Part shown: positions 23,647-37,739 of the stretch, in pieces
Layout: each line of letters starts with the position of its first letter
Position numbering within the stretch: position 1 is the first letter of the stretch
Source of the DNA: Negaprion brevirostris
Taxonomy: Eukaryota
Direction of reading: 5' to 3'
Length of the DNA stretch: 64,000 bases
NCBI GenBank assembly: GCA_030324005.1
Contig: JARDVH010000099.1
Coordinates: 42,271,788 to 42,335,787 of the forward strand
The notes under the pieces: model-generated
The model's input: the letters and a program-made list of their open reading frames with translations, nothing else
Database searches by the model: none
Told to the model about the DNA's origin: nothing
Translations under genes and position numbers: made by a program

Positions 23647-24570
23647 CAATTTTTGTGCATAGACAAAATTGAATTTTTCATTTAAGTTTCTGCACGCACT
23701 ATAAAAACTAGCTTCAGTAGGCCTGAATGAAACACATTTTATTGAATGCTCATGTCACGACAGTTGGACGGCACTACATGTGGTCTCTTTCCTCTTGGTC
23801 GTTTAAGGCCCCAACGCTACTATTTTTAATGTTGCTCCATTTTTCTTTCACCAACTGGATGTCTGACCTTGTTGAATCTTATCGCTCCATCCTATTTAAT
23901 CCAAGCTACTGAGAAATTTACACAAGTACAAAAACACTTTCTCCTGTAAAAACATCACAATCCAGAGATCCCAGGTGCTGGTTGGTGGAACCAAAGCTTA
24001 GGGATCCCAAATCTGCACAAGATTAAGAAAACAGAGCTGCTTCCTGTCCACAGAAACATTACTGATTGTTAGATAACTGATAAGCACAATCTGAAATCAA
24101 TTTTGCATTTTCTCACATTCACGTGGCCCTCCTTGATCTTTTTGCTGCCAAGGCTGCACAGCATAAGCTTCTGGGTAAGAATAGGATGTGCCAGTGCAAT
24201 CAGTTAGCAATAAAAATACTCTCTGTGAAATGCAATCTTGTGGCGGATGAGTTGCAGGAGATCTATTCTGAAAATAAAGTGGCTGATTTTATAAACAACT
24301 TATTTACAATTATGAAGGTACCTGCCCACAAAATCGGAAGAAGTTGTCGAGGGTTATAATTAGTTTTTGGGCAAAGAATCCTCATTTTATCTTTGGATTG
24401 ATTTTTCAACTTGATAGGTTTCCAGTTAATTCTTGACTTGTAATCAGTATTTAAATTGAATCTGTTTATTTTCTATTAATATGATTAATAGTATGATTAA
24501 ATGCTACTATGTAGTGTTTCAGTATGTTGAAAGAGAAAGTTTGATTGTTTCAATTTTTCCATTTTTGAAG

Positions 24571-24683
24571 CCATTGAGGAAGGCCATATTGCTGTTGCAA
24601 GGACACTTCTAAGACATGGAGCAAGAATTAATGGACCCCATTCTGCATGTTTATGGAGTGTTCTGCATCAGGCAGCATATCAG
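24571..24683 (+). CDS. ASB3: ASB3 coding exon 3 (absent from the ORF track)
   Basis: (A)IEEGHIAVARTLLRHGARINGPHSACLWSVLHQAAYQ, like human [38 protein letters not shown]; tttgaag acceptor, CAG|gtact donor; 113 nt, phase 1 to 0. Confidence 0.93.
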
Positions 24684-27614
24684 GTACTGTGGCACTCATT
24701 GTCTGTCTCCTTGGGGAAGGAGGGCAAGTTTTGATGTCTAGTTAACATTGACATGAATTTTAGAGTGATGTATTGATTTTATGTGTCTACGGTGACAAGA
24801 TGGCTGTTGGGTTTTCTAGAATTGCTGAAGGTGTGATGCTCACCCAGTGATGTTGGATATGGAGTTGCAGGAGCCTTTTACCCAGTGATGAAGAAATGGT
24901 GTGTAACTTGAAAGGTGAACCTGGAGACGTTATGTCCCTATGTATCACATGTACCTGCTGTCATTGACTACTATCTTTTATGTATATGACAGGCTACCTT
25001 TTACGCTTAAGGTACCTAGAAGTGAGTTATTCATCTGTTCCTTGCTAATTTTGCATTGCTCGCCATTTTAACAACCAGCCTAACGGTTCTAGCCAGTCAG
25101 TGATCAGACAGGCAAGAACCTTTCTAAAACTTAAAAGTCAGGGCCTAATGACATTGTTCAGATCCTGACTAAATTTAATTCTGGATAGCCATGTTTTGTG
25201 CCAATGCTGGTCTCATCAGGATGTGAACGAAAAGTTAATCTCGAAGCATACATCAAAGGTAATTTGTTTTTAGGTTTCCTTGTGGGAATGAGGAACAGGA
25301 GACACCATCATGTGAGTGCAAAAAATGAGGCTGAAATATTTGCNNNNNNNNNNATGATCCATCCAGCCGCCTCCTGAGGTCTTCAGCCTTCATTCATTCT
25401 GAGTGTTCAGAAACAGCAAAGGCTATAAGGTTCCAATAATTTTGAAGACTAGTTCTCCAGAACTAGCTGTGCCCCTAGCTTAACAGTTCCAGTAGCAGTG
25501 GCATCTATCCAACATTAAAAAAAATGCGCAGTTGTGCCCTATTGTCTAATTTCTCAAATACCTTCCAATTTATTGGCCTATTTCAATTGATAGCAAAATG
25601 ATTGAAAGAGTCCTCAGTGATGTAATAACCATGACACTTAATCACTGTTAACCCTCACTGTTGCAGTCTGAGTTCTGACATTTGAACTTTGTTGGACCAC
25701 AGCCAAAAGAGCTGAATTCCAGAGGAGTAATGAGAGTGCCTAACCTTTACAAACATGAAAAAGCTTGGATAAAACTAAAGCCAATGAGGATCAGGGAGAA
25801 ACTCTCCAGTTATTAGGAGTTATGCCTGGTCCTGGAAGATGGTGGTGGTTGTTGAAGGCCAACCATCTCTGTTTCGTGGCATTGCTATAGAAGTTACTCA
25901 GGGCTGTGAATCTGGCTCCGCTATTTGCCTCATTAAATGGCTTTTCTTCTATCATGAGGTCACAAGGGATGCGGAACATGCCATCTTCATCTAGTTAGGA
26001 TTGATAATTGATAGTGGATGAAAGAAAAATGACCTGACATCAATTACTGAAATACCCAGTGAAGTGGGAAAGGATAGAAGGAGTAAAAGTTATTCCGATA
26101 GCTCTTCTATTAGTCAGTGTTTGATATTGACTAATTCATAGAAAAGATCCAATAATAAGCCACTGATAACATGATGTCATCAAAGTTTACGCAATATTTT
26201 TGTAAAATTCTTTAACAGTATATTTTCACTTTGGTTCTTGATACAACATACATTTTCAAATGTATGATCTAAGTTTCTTGCAGTAGAAAGTATACAGAAT
26301 AGCTTCATTTTAAATGTGTACAATCATTTGAACTGAAAAGTCTCATTTCCACCATATTTGATTTCGCATTTTGACAGGTATTCCTGAGAACTCACTTTTA
26401 CCTCCTAGTCGCCACACCCCAAGGCCTGTTTGGGAATACTTAGCATGCCCAAGGCNNNNNNNNNNNNNNNNNNNNNNNNNNNNNNNNNNNNNNNNNNNNN
26501 NNNNNNNNNNNNNNNNNNNNNNNNNNNNNNNNNNNNNNNNNNNNNNNNNNNNNNNNNNNNNNNNNNNNNNNNNNNNNNNNNNNNNNNNNNNNNNNNNNNN
26601 NNNNNNNNNNNNNNNNNNNNNNNNNNNNNNNNNNNNNNNNNNNNNNNNNNNNNNNNNNNNNNNNNNNNNNNNNNNNNNNNNNNNNNNNNNNNNNNNNNNN
26701 NNNNNNNNNNNNNNNNNNNNNNNNNNNNNNNNNNNNNNNNNNNNNNNNNNNNNNNNNNNNNNNNNNNNNNNNNNNNNNNNNNNNNNNNNNNNNNNNNNNN
26801 NNNNNNNNNNNNNNNNNNNNNNNNNNNGATAGATAGATTTTTAATCAGTAAAGGAATCAAGGGCTGTGGGGATAAGGAGGGAATGTGGAGCTGAGGATAA
26901 TCATTTCAGATCACTCATGACCTCATTGAATGATACAGCAGACTTTATGGGCTGAATGGCCTATATCTGCTCCTATGCCAATGGTTTATAAGGACCAAGT
27001 CATACAAGTTCTGGAAACGTTGTCATTTAACCCTACATATTAATGTTTAATTTAAAATGCTGCTAACTATGACTTTAAGGTTAATAAGCAATTGTTCATG
27101 ACTTTGTTGTCTGACTTTTTTAGTAATCTATTAGAAAAGGTTAATTTATTCACTTGGCTTGTGTGATCCTGAGGGAAATGTTAATAAAATCTGGTTGATG
27201 TAAGAAAGTTTGGTGAACTGAATTTAGGTGTAATTAAGTTCTTGCCAAAGATGAGGTGATAATTCTAAAATGGTGCCTTGACAACTATTTAAATGGGTTG
27301 GGGTCTGGAATTTGACTGGTGCCCTGGTCAGGGTGTCAATCTCTTACCTATTTTCCCTATCATCAGTCAAACTCGACTTGACTTCTGCGCTCCATGTGTA
27401 TTTCATAAAATTATCTACTTTGTAATCTTTCTTTTAAGCAACTGGGCAAACCTTTCCTGGATTGCCATTGACTGAAACGTATAGACTTATAACTGATAAT
27501 TAAACTGGATTATTCCAGTGAACTGTCAAACTTGTTTTCACATTAACTTAGGTTCTGACCTTAGTTAACTTTGGAAGAATCATGCCTAAAATTTTGAATT
27601 ATAATGTTTTGCAG

Positions 27615-27750
27615 GAACACATAGAAATATTGATGTTCTTGCTTGAAAAAGGTGCTGATAAAGAAGCCAAGGATGATTATGGAATTACACCATTGTTTCT
27701 TGCTGCTCAGTATGGGAAGCTGGAAAGCGTGAGAGTTCTTCTACAACATG
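27615..27750 (+). CDS. ASB3: ASB3 coding exon 4
   Basis: [45 protein letters not shown]; ttgcag acceptor, G|gtaatt donor; 136 nt, phase 0 to 1. Confidence 0.95.
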
Positions 27751-28267
27751 GTAATTGTTCCGAATCTTAATACTTCCGTCAATCACAATAATTCTGGTAA
27801 TTTTAGAATTGGCTATTTTGGAATTGCAGTTGCACTGTTTGTGTTGCTGTCCTCTAATGAGATTATTGCATTTCAGTCTCCAAAATTATGTAATTTCAAT
27901 GTGAGTTAAAGTGGCTCAGTCCTTATGTCAGGAAACAGAACTAGTTTTAAGTAATCCGTATTTGTAGGTAATAGAAACAAGGTGTAGCTTTAAGTTTAAT
28001 GTTGTGTTTCTGTGTAAGAAAGGGCTAAAACTTCAGTTAGCTCAATTTAAACAAATGTGCATGCATGTCTGTGGGTTTTGGTTTGATTTCAAACTGTATC
28101 TGCATTGTAATTAAAGGATTTATGGCATGAAAACAAACTGAGTTTGATTGCTTAGCAGCCAAGGGCCACCCTAGGTTAGAAGAATCCTTTTTTGATTTAG
28201 ATTTTAAGCTGGACCCAGAAACAGCTGGACAGGACCAGGGAGTTGCATGAAGCAGACTGTGCATAAA

Positions 28268-28540
28268 AACATAAGAACATAAGAAGTAGGAGCAGGAGTA
28301 GGCCATCTAGCCCTTCGAGCCTGCCCCGCCATTCAATAAGATCNNNNNNNNNNNNNNNNNNNNNNNNNNNNNNNNNNNNNNNNNNNNNNNNNNNNNNNNN
28401 NNNNNNNNNNNNNNNNNNNNNNNNNNNNNNNNNNNNNNNNNNNCCGGAATCCAGCGAAGTTTGGTAAATAATCACTAAGGCATCTACTATCACCTCTGCC
28501 ATTTCCTTCAGAACCCTGGGGTGCATTCCATCCCATTTTT
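28268..28540 (-). mobile_element. Young CR1/HER1 LINE, mostly collapsed into a gap
   Basis: Tail aacataagaa.taggagcaggagtaggccatctagcccttcgagcctgccccgccattcaataagatc is near-identical to copies at 7760-7829, 36765-36804 and 62382-62445; MHPRVLKEMAEVIVDALVIIYQ is CR1 RT. Confidence 0.8.
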
Positions 28541-30439
28541 ACTTTATATATTTTATATAAAAGGACACAAAGTCTCGAAACCAGGAAGACGGTTAAGTTA
28601 AAGGAACAAGACGTTGAATAAGATCATGTTCAGGGGTGCTGAGAGTTAAAGAGAGACCTCAAGAAGTAAAAAGCCAAACATCTCAGGTAAATCAAACATT
28701 TGGTGACACCTTAATACAGTCTGTGAAGCAATGTGTTGCCATGGTTGGATACCTGAGAGGTTGTGTGCAATCTTGAATGCATGTGGCAATCCAAGGCAGA
28801 GGAGTACTGAAAGATTGAAATCTTTGGAAGTGGATTTTTGGTGAAGACACCTGAGAGAAAGAGTTGTTTGGAGGGAAGATTCCAAGGTGTAATTTTTTCG
28901 AGAGTGGAGTTTGGGACTACTTCAGCCTCGACAAGGGTCATCTGGACTCAACCTCAGCTCTTTTCTCTCCTTACAGATGTTGCCAGATCTGCTGAGATTT
29001 TCCAGCATTTTCTCTTTTGGTTGTTTATTTCAAACCACTTTGGTGGAAGTCAGATTCTAGTGCTGGGGGAAAGGATTTGTTCATAATACTTCTGCTGAAA
29101 GTTTATTTTCTACAATTTGGAGGACTTCTGCATTACAGCACGATAGCTGGTTCCTGGGTTGGCTTAGATAGGACCTTGGATGAGAACCTGCATCACCATA
29201 CTGTTGAAAGACCTGTAGCTAGAAAACAAAGCGGGCAGCACTCACTGCAGGCACTACCTGCATTAAAGTATATAAGAAGAGGCAGTATTTCCTTGATGTG
29301 TTCAAACAGCAGCTTTTCTGGAGGCTGAGATTGTCGAGACTGCTTTGGCCAACAAATGCAGTGTCGTGGACTTGTTGCCTGTTGGACATACCTGGTGGTC
29401 ATGCGTTACCATACAGCCATTACAGCACAGAAGGAGATTGTACTGCCCATCAATTTCATGCTGGCTCTGTGGAGCAACCCTTCTCTATCCTTGTATCCCN
29501 NNNNNNNNNNNNNNNNNNNNNNNNNNNNNNNNNNNNNNNNNNNNNNNNNNNNNNNNNNNNNNNNNNNNNNNNNNNNNNNNNNNNNNNNNNNNNNNNNNNN
29601 NNNNNNNNNNNNNNNNNNNNNNNNNNNNNNNNNNNNNNNNNNNNNNNNNNNNNNNNNNNNNNTCCTGCTCCTATTTCTTATGTTCTTATCTAAACCTGTC
29701 ACAATCTTGTACAACTCTGCCAGATCTCCCAATCTTTTGTTCCAAGCAGAAGAACCCCTGGTTTCTCTCGCCAAACCTTGTAGCTAAAATCCTTCCTCCA
29801 TGGAACTATTCTGGTAAATCTCTTCTGCACCTTCTCAAGGCTCCTCACATCCTTCCACGAACTCTAGTTATGGCCTAACCAGACCTTCATAAATGTTAAC
29901 TATAGCTACCGTACTTTTGAACCCAATACTTTGTTTATAAAGCTTAAGATTCAATATGCTTTGCTAACTATTTCCCTAATCCGTTTGCCAAAATGCATCA
30001 CCTTGCAGTTTTGTGTATTAATGCCACTTGTTTGCCCATTCTGCTGGTTGCTAAGGTTACCATTGCCCTCAATTTTTAATCTGTGGATCCTTTCCTGGGC
30101 TCTCACAAATGATATCCTTGTAAACAGCCTACAAACGCATACTACAAATGACTTGTTTGCCATGCTAGCAATTTCATAGATTTCTTCTGCAGTCATGCCA
30201 ATCAGAATGAGCTGGCATGTGTAGTTACATGTCTGCTAGCTTCCCATGATCCCAAGGTGTCATTGAGTACACATGTGGCAGCCCAGCTTTAGATGCATAC
30301 ATAATGGCCCGGTTAGAAGTTCCTGTCAGCCAGCCTTTTAAAAAGGCATCTGAGCTCTGTGTGAAATGGCAACCCGCTGTCTACCTCCTTAAACAGTTAA
30401 GTTAATAAATAATACAGTCTGAACAAAGTATCAGTTTGG

Positions 30440-31300
30440 GTATTAATTTTAAAGATAAATCAGGTACTGAAAGCAAAATATAGAAGAAAATAATTAGAGA
30501 CTAGTTAGAGATCAGAGAACATCACTTTGATGGAAGGAATCAAAAGGTAAATTATTATCGAAATGGAGAGAGACTACAGGTGAGTGGAGTAGAGAGGGAT
30601 CTAGGTGTTCTAGTGGATAAATCACAAAAAGCTAGCAGCTAGGTCTAACAAGTAGTTAAGGTAAACGTCATTTTGGCCTTTATTGCAAAGGCGTTTAAAA
30701 TTGGGGAGGTTTTGTTGCAATTGTACAGGGTATTGGTGAGGCCTCACCTAAAATACTGTGTACAGTTTTGGTACCCTTACTTAAAATAGGATAAAGTAAC
30801 CTTGGAGGCAGTCCAAAAGAGATTCACCAATCTAATTCCTGCGTGGAGAGGGTTCTCCTATCAAGAGACTCAATAGTCTGGGTCTGTATTCCTTGGAGTT
30901 TATAAGAGTGACGGGTGACCTTATTTAAACATACAAGATCCTGAGGGAGCTTGACAGATACATCCTGAGGTGTTTTCACAAGTGGGAGAGTCTCGAACAA
31001 GGGGACATATCTACAAGATAAAGGGCCGATCATTTAAAACTGAGGTGTGTAGAAGTTTCCTTGTGCAGACGTTTGCGAATCTCTGGAATTTTCTGCCACA
31101 AAAAGTGGAGGAGGCTGGATTATTATAAGTATTCAAAGTGGAGGTAGATAAATATTTGATAGATTGAGGAATAGTGGGCTATGGGGAAATGGCACAGAAA
31201 AGAAGTTAAGGCTGGCATAGAGCAATCATGATCGTATGGAATGGCAGGGTAGGCTTAAAAGGCCAGGTGGCTCCTGCTACTTCTATTTCTTGCGTTCTTG
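30440..31300 (+). mobile_element. CR1 LINE 3' fragment
   Basis: gtattggtgaggcctcacctaaaatactgtgtacagttttgg (LVRPHL.YCVQFW) followed by the 3' UTR. Confidence 0.85.
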
Positions 31301-31548
31301 TTTATTGCAAGGGAAATAGAAAATNNNNNNNNNNNNNNNNNNNNNNNNNNNNNNNNNNNNNNNNNNNNNNNNNNNNNNNNNNNNNNNNNNNNNNNNNNNN
31401 NNNNNNNNNNNNNNNNNNNNNNNNNNNNNNNNNNNNNNNNNNNNNNNNNNNNNNNNNNNNNNNNNNNNNNNNNNNNNNNNNNNNNNNNNNNNNNNNNNNN
31501 NNNNNNNNNNNNNNNNNNNNNNNNNNNNNNNNNNNNNNNNNNNNNNNN

Positions 31549-31750
31549 CTGACATAGGAGTCTGTTGTAGGTGTTCTTGTTATCTAGGTGTTTCAGGGTT
31601 GAGTGCAAGGCCAAAGAGATGGTGTCTGCTGTGGACCTGTTGCGGTGATAGGCAAAATTTAGTGGATCCAGGTAGTCCTGAGGCTGGAATTGTTTGTGTT
31701 ATGACTAGGCTTTTGAAGCACTTCATAATGATGGACGTCAGAGCCACTGT
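31549..31750 (-). mobile_element. Rex1/Babar-like LINE RT fragment
   Basis: [20 protein letters not shown] preceded by VMKCF.RLV-like sequence, characteristic of Rex1 RT. Confidence 0.6.
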
Positions 31751-32305
31751 ATATCCACTCTACGTCTACCCTGTCAATCCCTTTTGTCATCTGATACACC
31801 TCAATTCGATCTCCTCTCATTCTCTTCATTAGATAAACCTCTCATCTCTGGAATCAATCTAGAAAACCTCCTCTGATCTACCTCCAATGCAACTGTATTC
31901 CTTCTTAAGCAAGAGAACTGAAACTGTACACAATACTCCAGGTGCAGTCTCATTAATGCCTTGTGCAGTTGCAGCAACACTTTCATACTTTTATGTTCGA
32001 TTCCTTTCGCAATGAATGCCCAAATTCCATTTACCTTCCTTGTAATCTGCTGTACCTGCATACTAGTTTTCTCTGATTCACGCGTGAGGATACCAATATC
32101 CCTCTGCACTGAAGCGCTCTGACAATAAGTTGCTTTTCTATTTTTCTAAGCAAGATGGATGATCCATATTAAACTCCATCTGACAAATTTTGGTCCACTT
32201 ACCGAACCTATCCATATCCATTTGTAATTTTTAAATTTCCTCATTGCACATTACTATCCTTCTATTTTAGTGTCATTTGCAAATTTGGCTACAGTAACTT
32301 CCATC
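31751..32305 (-). mobile_element. CR1 LINE fragment
   Basis: QRDIGIL...LHKALMRLHLEYCVQF and AKFANDTKI. Confidence 0.85.
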
Positions 32306-32342
32306 TTGGAACTTAAGTTTTCGGTCCTGGTGCCTTTCAAGA

Positions 32343-32698
32343 CAGTAAGAAGTCTCACAACACCACGCCAAAATCCAACACGTNNNNNNNNNNNNNNNNN
32401 NNNNNNNNNNNNNNNNNNNNNNNNNNNNNNNNNNNNNNNNNNNNNNNNNNNNNNNNNNNNNNNNNNNNNNNNNNNNNNNNNNNCAGTAAGAAGTCTCACA
32501 ACCCCAGGCCAAAGTCCAACAGGTTTATTTGGTAGTAAACGCCACTAGCTTTCGGGATTTGCCCCTTTGTCAGGTGAGAAGGGGCAACCCTGAAAGCTAG
32601 TGGTCTTTACTACCAAATAAACCTATTGGACTTTAACCTGGTGTTGTGAGACTTCTCACTGTGTTTACCCCAGTCCCAACGCCGGCATCTCCACATCA
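32343..32698. mobile_element. Penelope-derived inverted-repeat mini-element with a 12-bp TSD
   Basis: Minus-strand repeat 32484-32577 followed by a plus-strand repeat to 32698; TSD tgcctttcaaga at 32331-32342 and 32699-32710. Confidence 0.8.
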
Positions 32699-34254
32699 TG
32701 CCTTTCAAGATCAGTCAGTACACAGGTAGACACAGGAGGTGATTAACATTGTAACTGACCTCCTAAGATGAAGCTTAACATGGCTACTGTTATAGGCAGG
32801 TAAGAACATTTTGCTGTTTAGACAGTGTATGAAACAGATGCTGTCTGAAGGATCACAAGTGCAGGAACCCATTTAGCTCCAGTAGCATAATTGTGAGTTA
32901 GAACTTCTCTGTCCTGAAGAGAAAATTCTAGGCTTTGACCTTTGTGCTCTTCTTTCCACTTGGCCATGCACTTGATCTTGTGAAACTGGTGTTTTCATTG
33001 GTGCCAGGAGATCGAAGCAAGTGTGCAGTAGCAGTCCCACAGGAATACTGGAGCTGCATTAATCATAGCATTTGGCATGTTTCAGTATGTCATCAGAAAT
33101 GTATCTGAGTGTTTTCGAATACAGTGATGACCTTGAAGCACATTTCATGGTTTGAACAAATTTTATTTCTCTACCCTGTCCCCGTTACTACACCCCCCTC
33201 ACTACCCCCCTCATCCTCGCCCACTACTCCCCGCCCCCCCGACTTCAAACATCAGCCTGGAAGTAAAGGACTAAATCTGCCTGCCAACTGATAGTCTATA
33301 GAGCAATAGTTGTGTCTGCTCTGCTGTACATATGCGAGAGACTGTGGCCATGGGAAACCTCTGAAGATCAGATGGCAGAGAAAAAAAAATCATAAATTGA
33401 GGTACTCACCTGAGCTGACAACTCAAGCATCCAAACTACATTGAATTAGTCACAACTGAGTTTGGCTGGTTATGTAGCCAGAATGCCTGATGCTCGCTTA
33501 TCATAGCAAATCTACTATGGAGAGCTTGAGTCTGGAGTGCAGTCTCATAGTGGTCAATGAAAGTGCTACAGTGACACTCTGAAGGCACTTAGGGGTATTA
33601 GTATCAAACTAGAGCCCTAGGAAAAGTTCGCCCAGGGATCATGTCACTGAGTGCAACCCAATAAAGGCCTCCTCAGAAAGCAAGCATATTTCAGAGATGA
33701 AAAGAGGTGAGGAGAGGTAATCCCGAGCCAGGAATTTGTCCAAAACTCCATCTTCTGTGGAATCCTATCTAATTTTTAGAAGAATCTTCCACACGTATTA
33801 TCCACTGGAACACTGCCAAGCACACTAAATGGTAAAAATGGGCAACTTCACTTCAAAGGATGAACAAGAAGACTCCCAATTTAGCAATAATATGTCGCCC
33901 CATCTCCTGTTTTGATTTTAAGTACAGTACTGGTGCCAACATTTAGCACTCCTATGTTCAATGCAGAGCAAAGTTTACTTAGTAAGCCCATGAATGTTGT
34001 TGCTGACTTAGTGTACAGTTTCTGAAGGTCGATATTCCTTAGCATATGAGGCTGCCTAAACAGATTTCACTCAGCAGCTTCACAACAGATATTCTTCCCA
34101 GAAATGAAACATCTTGTGTTATCTCATCACCATGTTTGTTTAGCTGCAGATTCTTACCAAACATTGCACACTGTGCATCAACAGAATTTCCTCTTGGAGG
34201 AATATGCCACTGTTTATATTGTAGAGCCATTGAGTGATTGTTTAAAATTAAAGG

Positions 34255-34579
34255 TAGAATCATAGAATCCCTACAGTGCAGGAGGGCACTCGGCCCATCG
34301 AGGCTGCACCGAAAACAATCTTACTCGCACCTTATTTTCGTAACCCACATATTTACCTTGCTAGTCCCCCTGACGTTAAGGGGCAATTTAGCATGGCTAA
34401 TCAACCTAAGTTGCACATCTTTGGAGTGTGGGAGGAAACCGGAGCACCCAGAGGAAATCCACGCAGACATGGGGAGAATGTGCAAACACCACACAGACTA
34501 GTGACCTGAGGTTGAAATTGAACCTGAGCCCCTGGTGCTGTGAGATAGCAGTGCTAACCACAATGCCACTGTGCCGCCC
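34255..34579 (-). mobile_element. HE1-like V-SINE
   Basis: Head, V-domain and CR1-type tail in reverse orientation. Confidence 0.85.
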
Positions 34580-36849
34580 ATTAAAATAGTTTTGGTCTAA
34601 ATGATCCCTCCTTTATCCATATCACTTTCCAGCTTCCTGTATCTTCCCACACCTTACCATTCTACCTAATTTAGGTGCGATCTCAAAAGATTTTACTGAT
34701 AATTTTGATGACAGGCTCCAACGAGAGTGGAAAAGAAATATTGTTAGCTTTAGTAAAATTGTTTTTCTTTCAATCCTCCACACAGTGGTGCTGGTGAGAC
34801 ATTTTCTATATATTCTATAAATTTATGCATTGTTAAAATGTTATTTTATCACTCTAATTTTAAATTGCTGCTGATGTTTTTGCATAACAATGGAGAATGA
34901 CATTGAAATAAAGAATATCTGGAATGAACTGGAAGCAGATATAAAATGTAAAACAATAAATGGCATTCTGATCCTCTGCCAGCTTATTTGAAACTCATAA
35001 AATGCAGCGCATGGCATGCCGTGCTGCCATGTGTCCCCAGTCTGTCTTCCATTTTACCAGGGTTTGTGGAGGTGTTGGGCCTTCCTTGGGCCTTTTGAGA
35101 TTCTTGAATGGCTAATTAAAGGCCACAAGTGCCTCATCCCACCATGCAGCTATTTTACTGCAGCAGGGCTTGTCCAGGTCAAGTGGGGAGCTCCAGTAGC
35201 ATGGGCTGGAGAGGTGGGGAGGGGGAGGAATCTTCTGTGCCACCGTAAGCCATACTTCCTTTTATCCCTCCCAGCCTACCCCCAGACTTTTAATCCCAGC
35301 CTCTGTAAGCTCCTTACTGCCCTGCTGCAGCCTACTAGCCAAGCCCCACCAATATCAGGACTTGCCTATAGTCTAGCCTTCATTACCCTTCTCCTTTGGT
35401 GATTACCTGCAGTCCCAGCAGTGGCCATTGCTTGAATCTGGTGCTGCTGGGATTGCAGAGCTGCCAGTTATCAAATGGGCAGGCATTTCTCAGGTGGGAC
35501 TTCCTTTCCAGATGATAGCCGTGGTCTTGCCCTTAGCCAGTTAATGCCCCACCAAATGTGGGACATTTGGCAAGGCAGGAAATGCCACCATCCAAAAAAT
35601 CCTGCCAAATGGAGTAACATTCATAAAGTACTATTGAATCATTATTTGATTTTATTCAGAAGAAATAGACTTTTTGGTGACAACATGTTGTACAATTGTT
35701 TTCTAATAGATTGTTGTCATTTGCAGATATTCTCATTTATAGCTGTACATTAGAAGTTATTATACCCCTTTTAAAAAAAAGATTGCAATTTATAAACCAA
35801 TGTTCAAGTCCAGAAATTTTACTGACAGCAAATAAAATGGCAGGCATGAAATTATTTTAAAAAAGGCATTCATTTTGTTTCCACCTTGCCTGCAAAGCAT
35901 TTACTCATTTGGGGATGATTTCTCAGAAATTGGGCACTCACTTGTATCTTGCTGCAGTTACCATTGTTCAAGTCTGATCCTTGGTGGTCAATGTTGGTCA
36001 TGGTAAGGGAGGGGAGAAGAGGATTTGGACCTTAGCCAAATCCTGAGTTCTCATAACATTGACAGATATGCACTGTCAGCATCTGTTTAGCAATCGGGAC
36101 TGCAACTTGTTTGAAAGCAAAGAACCCAAATAAGAAAGCTGACAGTCAGCATGTGACTGCTGGCAAGAAACTGCAGCCTGAGATAAATTAAGAACAGGAG
36201 TTTTTTTCCTAACAAAATACAGAAACTCTTTGAGCTGCTGAAATGTGTCAGACTGACCTTTTGACGTCACTTTTAGTTTCCATAGCAATTGAGATTTTTT
36301 GAAAGGTTGAACTAATATACATATTGTATATTATTTTTGAAAAAATTGAAGAAGATTTTATATCGTTCTGTCTCCCTGAAAGTAATGTTTGCTGTATGAA
36401 AATGCTGTTTTCATACTTAATAACACTGCACACAAATGAGAACAAAAATGGCATAAAATTGAACTTGATTTTTTTTTTTACATCTGCTTTCGCTGTCAAA
36501 TGTACCACGTGATGATTTAGCTGTCGAGCAAAATAGATATGTCCAGTATAAAAGCTGGAACCAACAGCAGCAACTTATTTCCGTGGTGCCTTTACCAAAA
36601 TTAAATATCCCAAAGCACTTTACAAGAATGTGAGAGAGCAAAATTTGACACAAACCACGCAAGGAGTTATTAGGCCAGATGTTGATGGGTTTTTGATAAG
36701 CGAGGGGATTAAGGGTTATGGGGAGACGGCGGGAATGTGGAACTGAGCCACTTCAGATCAGCCATGATCTTATTGAATGGCGGGGCAGGCTCGAGGGGCT
36801 AGATNNNNNNNNNNNNNNNNNNNNNNNNNNNNNNNNNNNNNNNNNNNNC

Positions 36850-37390
36850 TGGGACTGGCAGAGATTGGAGCTGGGGAAGGGGCAAAGTATTAATGGGTTT
36901 GAAAATAAGATTGAGAATTTTAAAATTGCAACATTACTTTATCTGGAGTAGTGCAGGCCAATTAGCTTGGGTGATGGGTAAATAACATTTGATGCTAGTT
37001 AAGACACAGGTAGCAGAGATTTTGAATGACCTTGAGATGATAGAGTAGAATGTAGGAGGCAGACCAGGAGTTCGTTGAAAGAGTCAAGTTTAGAGGCAAC
37101 ATGACACAGGTGAAAACTTTAGCAACAGCTGTGTTGCGGCACAGGTGAAATAGGTCAATGAATGCTATCGAAATGAAAACTGATGGTCTTGGTGCAAATA
37201 CATAGTTGGAAGCTGGTTCAAATATGACATCAACATTACAAACAATCTGGTTCAGTTTCAGACATGTGCCTGGGAGAGGAATGGAGTGAGTAGCTAGGGA
37301 ACAGAATTTATAGCAGGAACTGAAGACTGCGGCTTCGGACTTGGTATTTAGTTGGAGGAAATTTCTGTTCATTGAGTACAGAATGATCAT
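36850..37390 (-). mobile_element. L2-type LINE fragment
   Basis: MNRNFLQLNTKSEAAVF resembles L2 ORF2; similar L2-like pieces at 36560-36680, 46540-46680 and 46950-47130. Confidence 0.6.
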
Positions 37391-37739
37391 CTAGCGCTCG
37401 GCATGCTGAAAATGAAGTGTCAAACTGGTAAAGCTACCACACAGGACTACCTGCATGCTAAACAGTTGAAGCAGCATGCAATATCACAAAGCGATCAGTG
37501 GATCAGATCAAAGCTGTTGCAGTCCTGCCATATTTTCTGGAGTAACGTGTTGTGGAACTGAGAAAGAGGTAAAGGTATTTAGATCTAGCATTGTGTAATG
37601 AGACAGGGTTCATTAATAATCTTGAGAAAAATGTGATAATACAATTGAATTCCATTTTAAATTTGAAAACTACCTACTCCAGTCCCAAACAAAATTCTAG
37701 AACTTAACCAAAACCAATTACATTGGTATGAGAAGAGAG

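Noticed and set aside
23727-23912. ORF containing FSFTNW, reminiscent of the ASB3 LEFTNW segment
   Set aside because: Wrong position in the exon order and no wider similarity; chance match.
27543-27568. Small hairpin ttaacttaggt/accttagttaa upstream of ASB3 exon 4
   Set aside because: An 11-bp AT-rich imperfect stem is plausible by chance in 64 kb.
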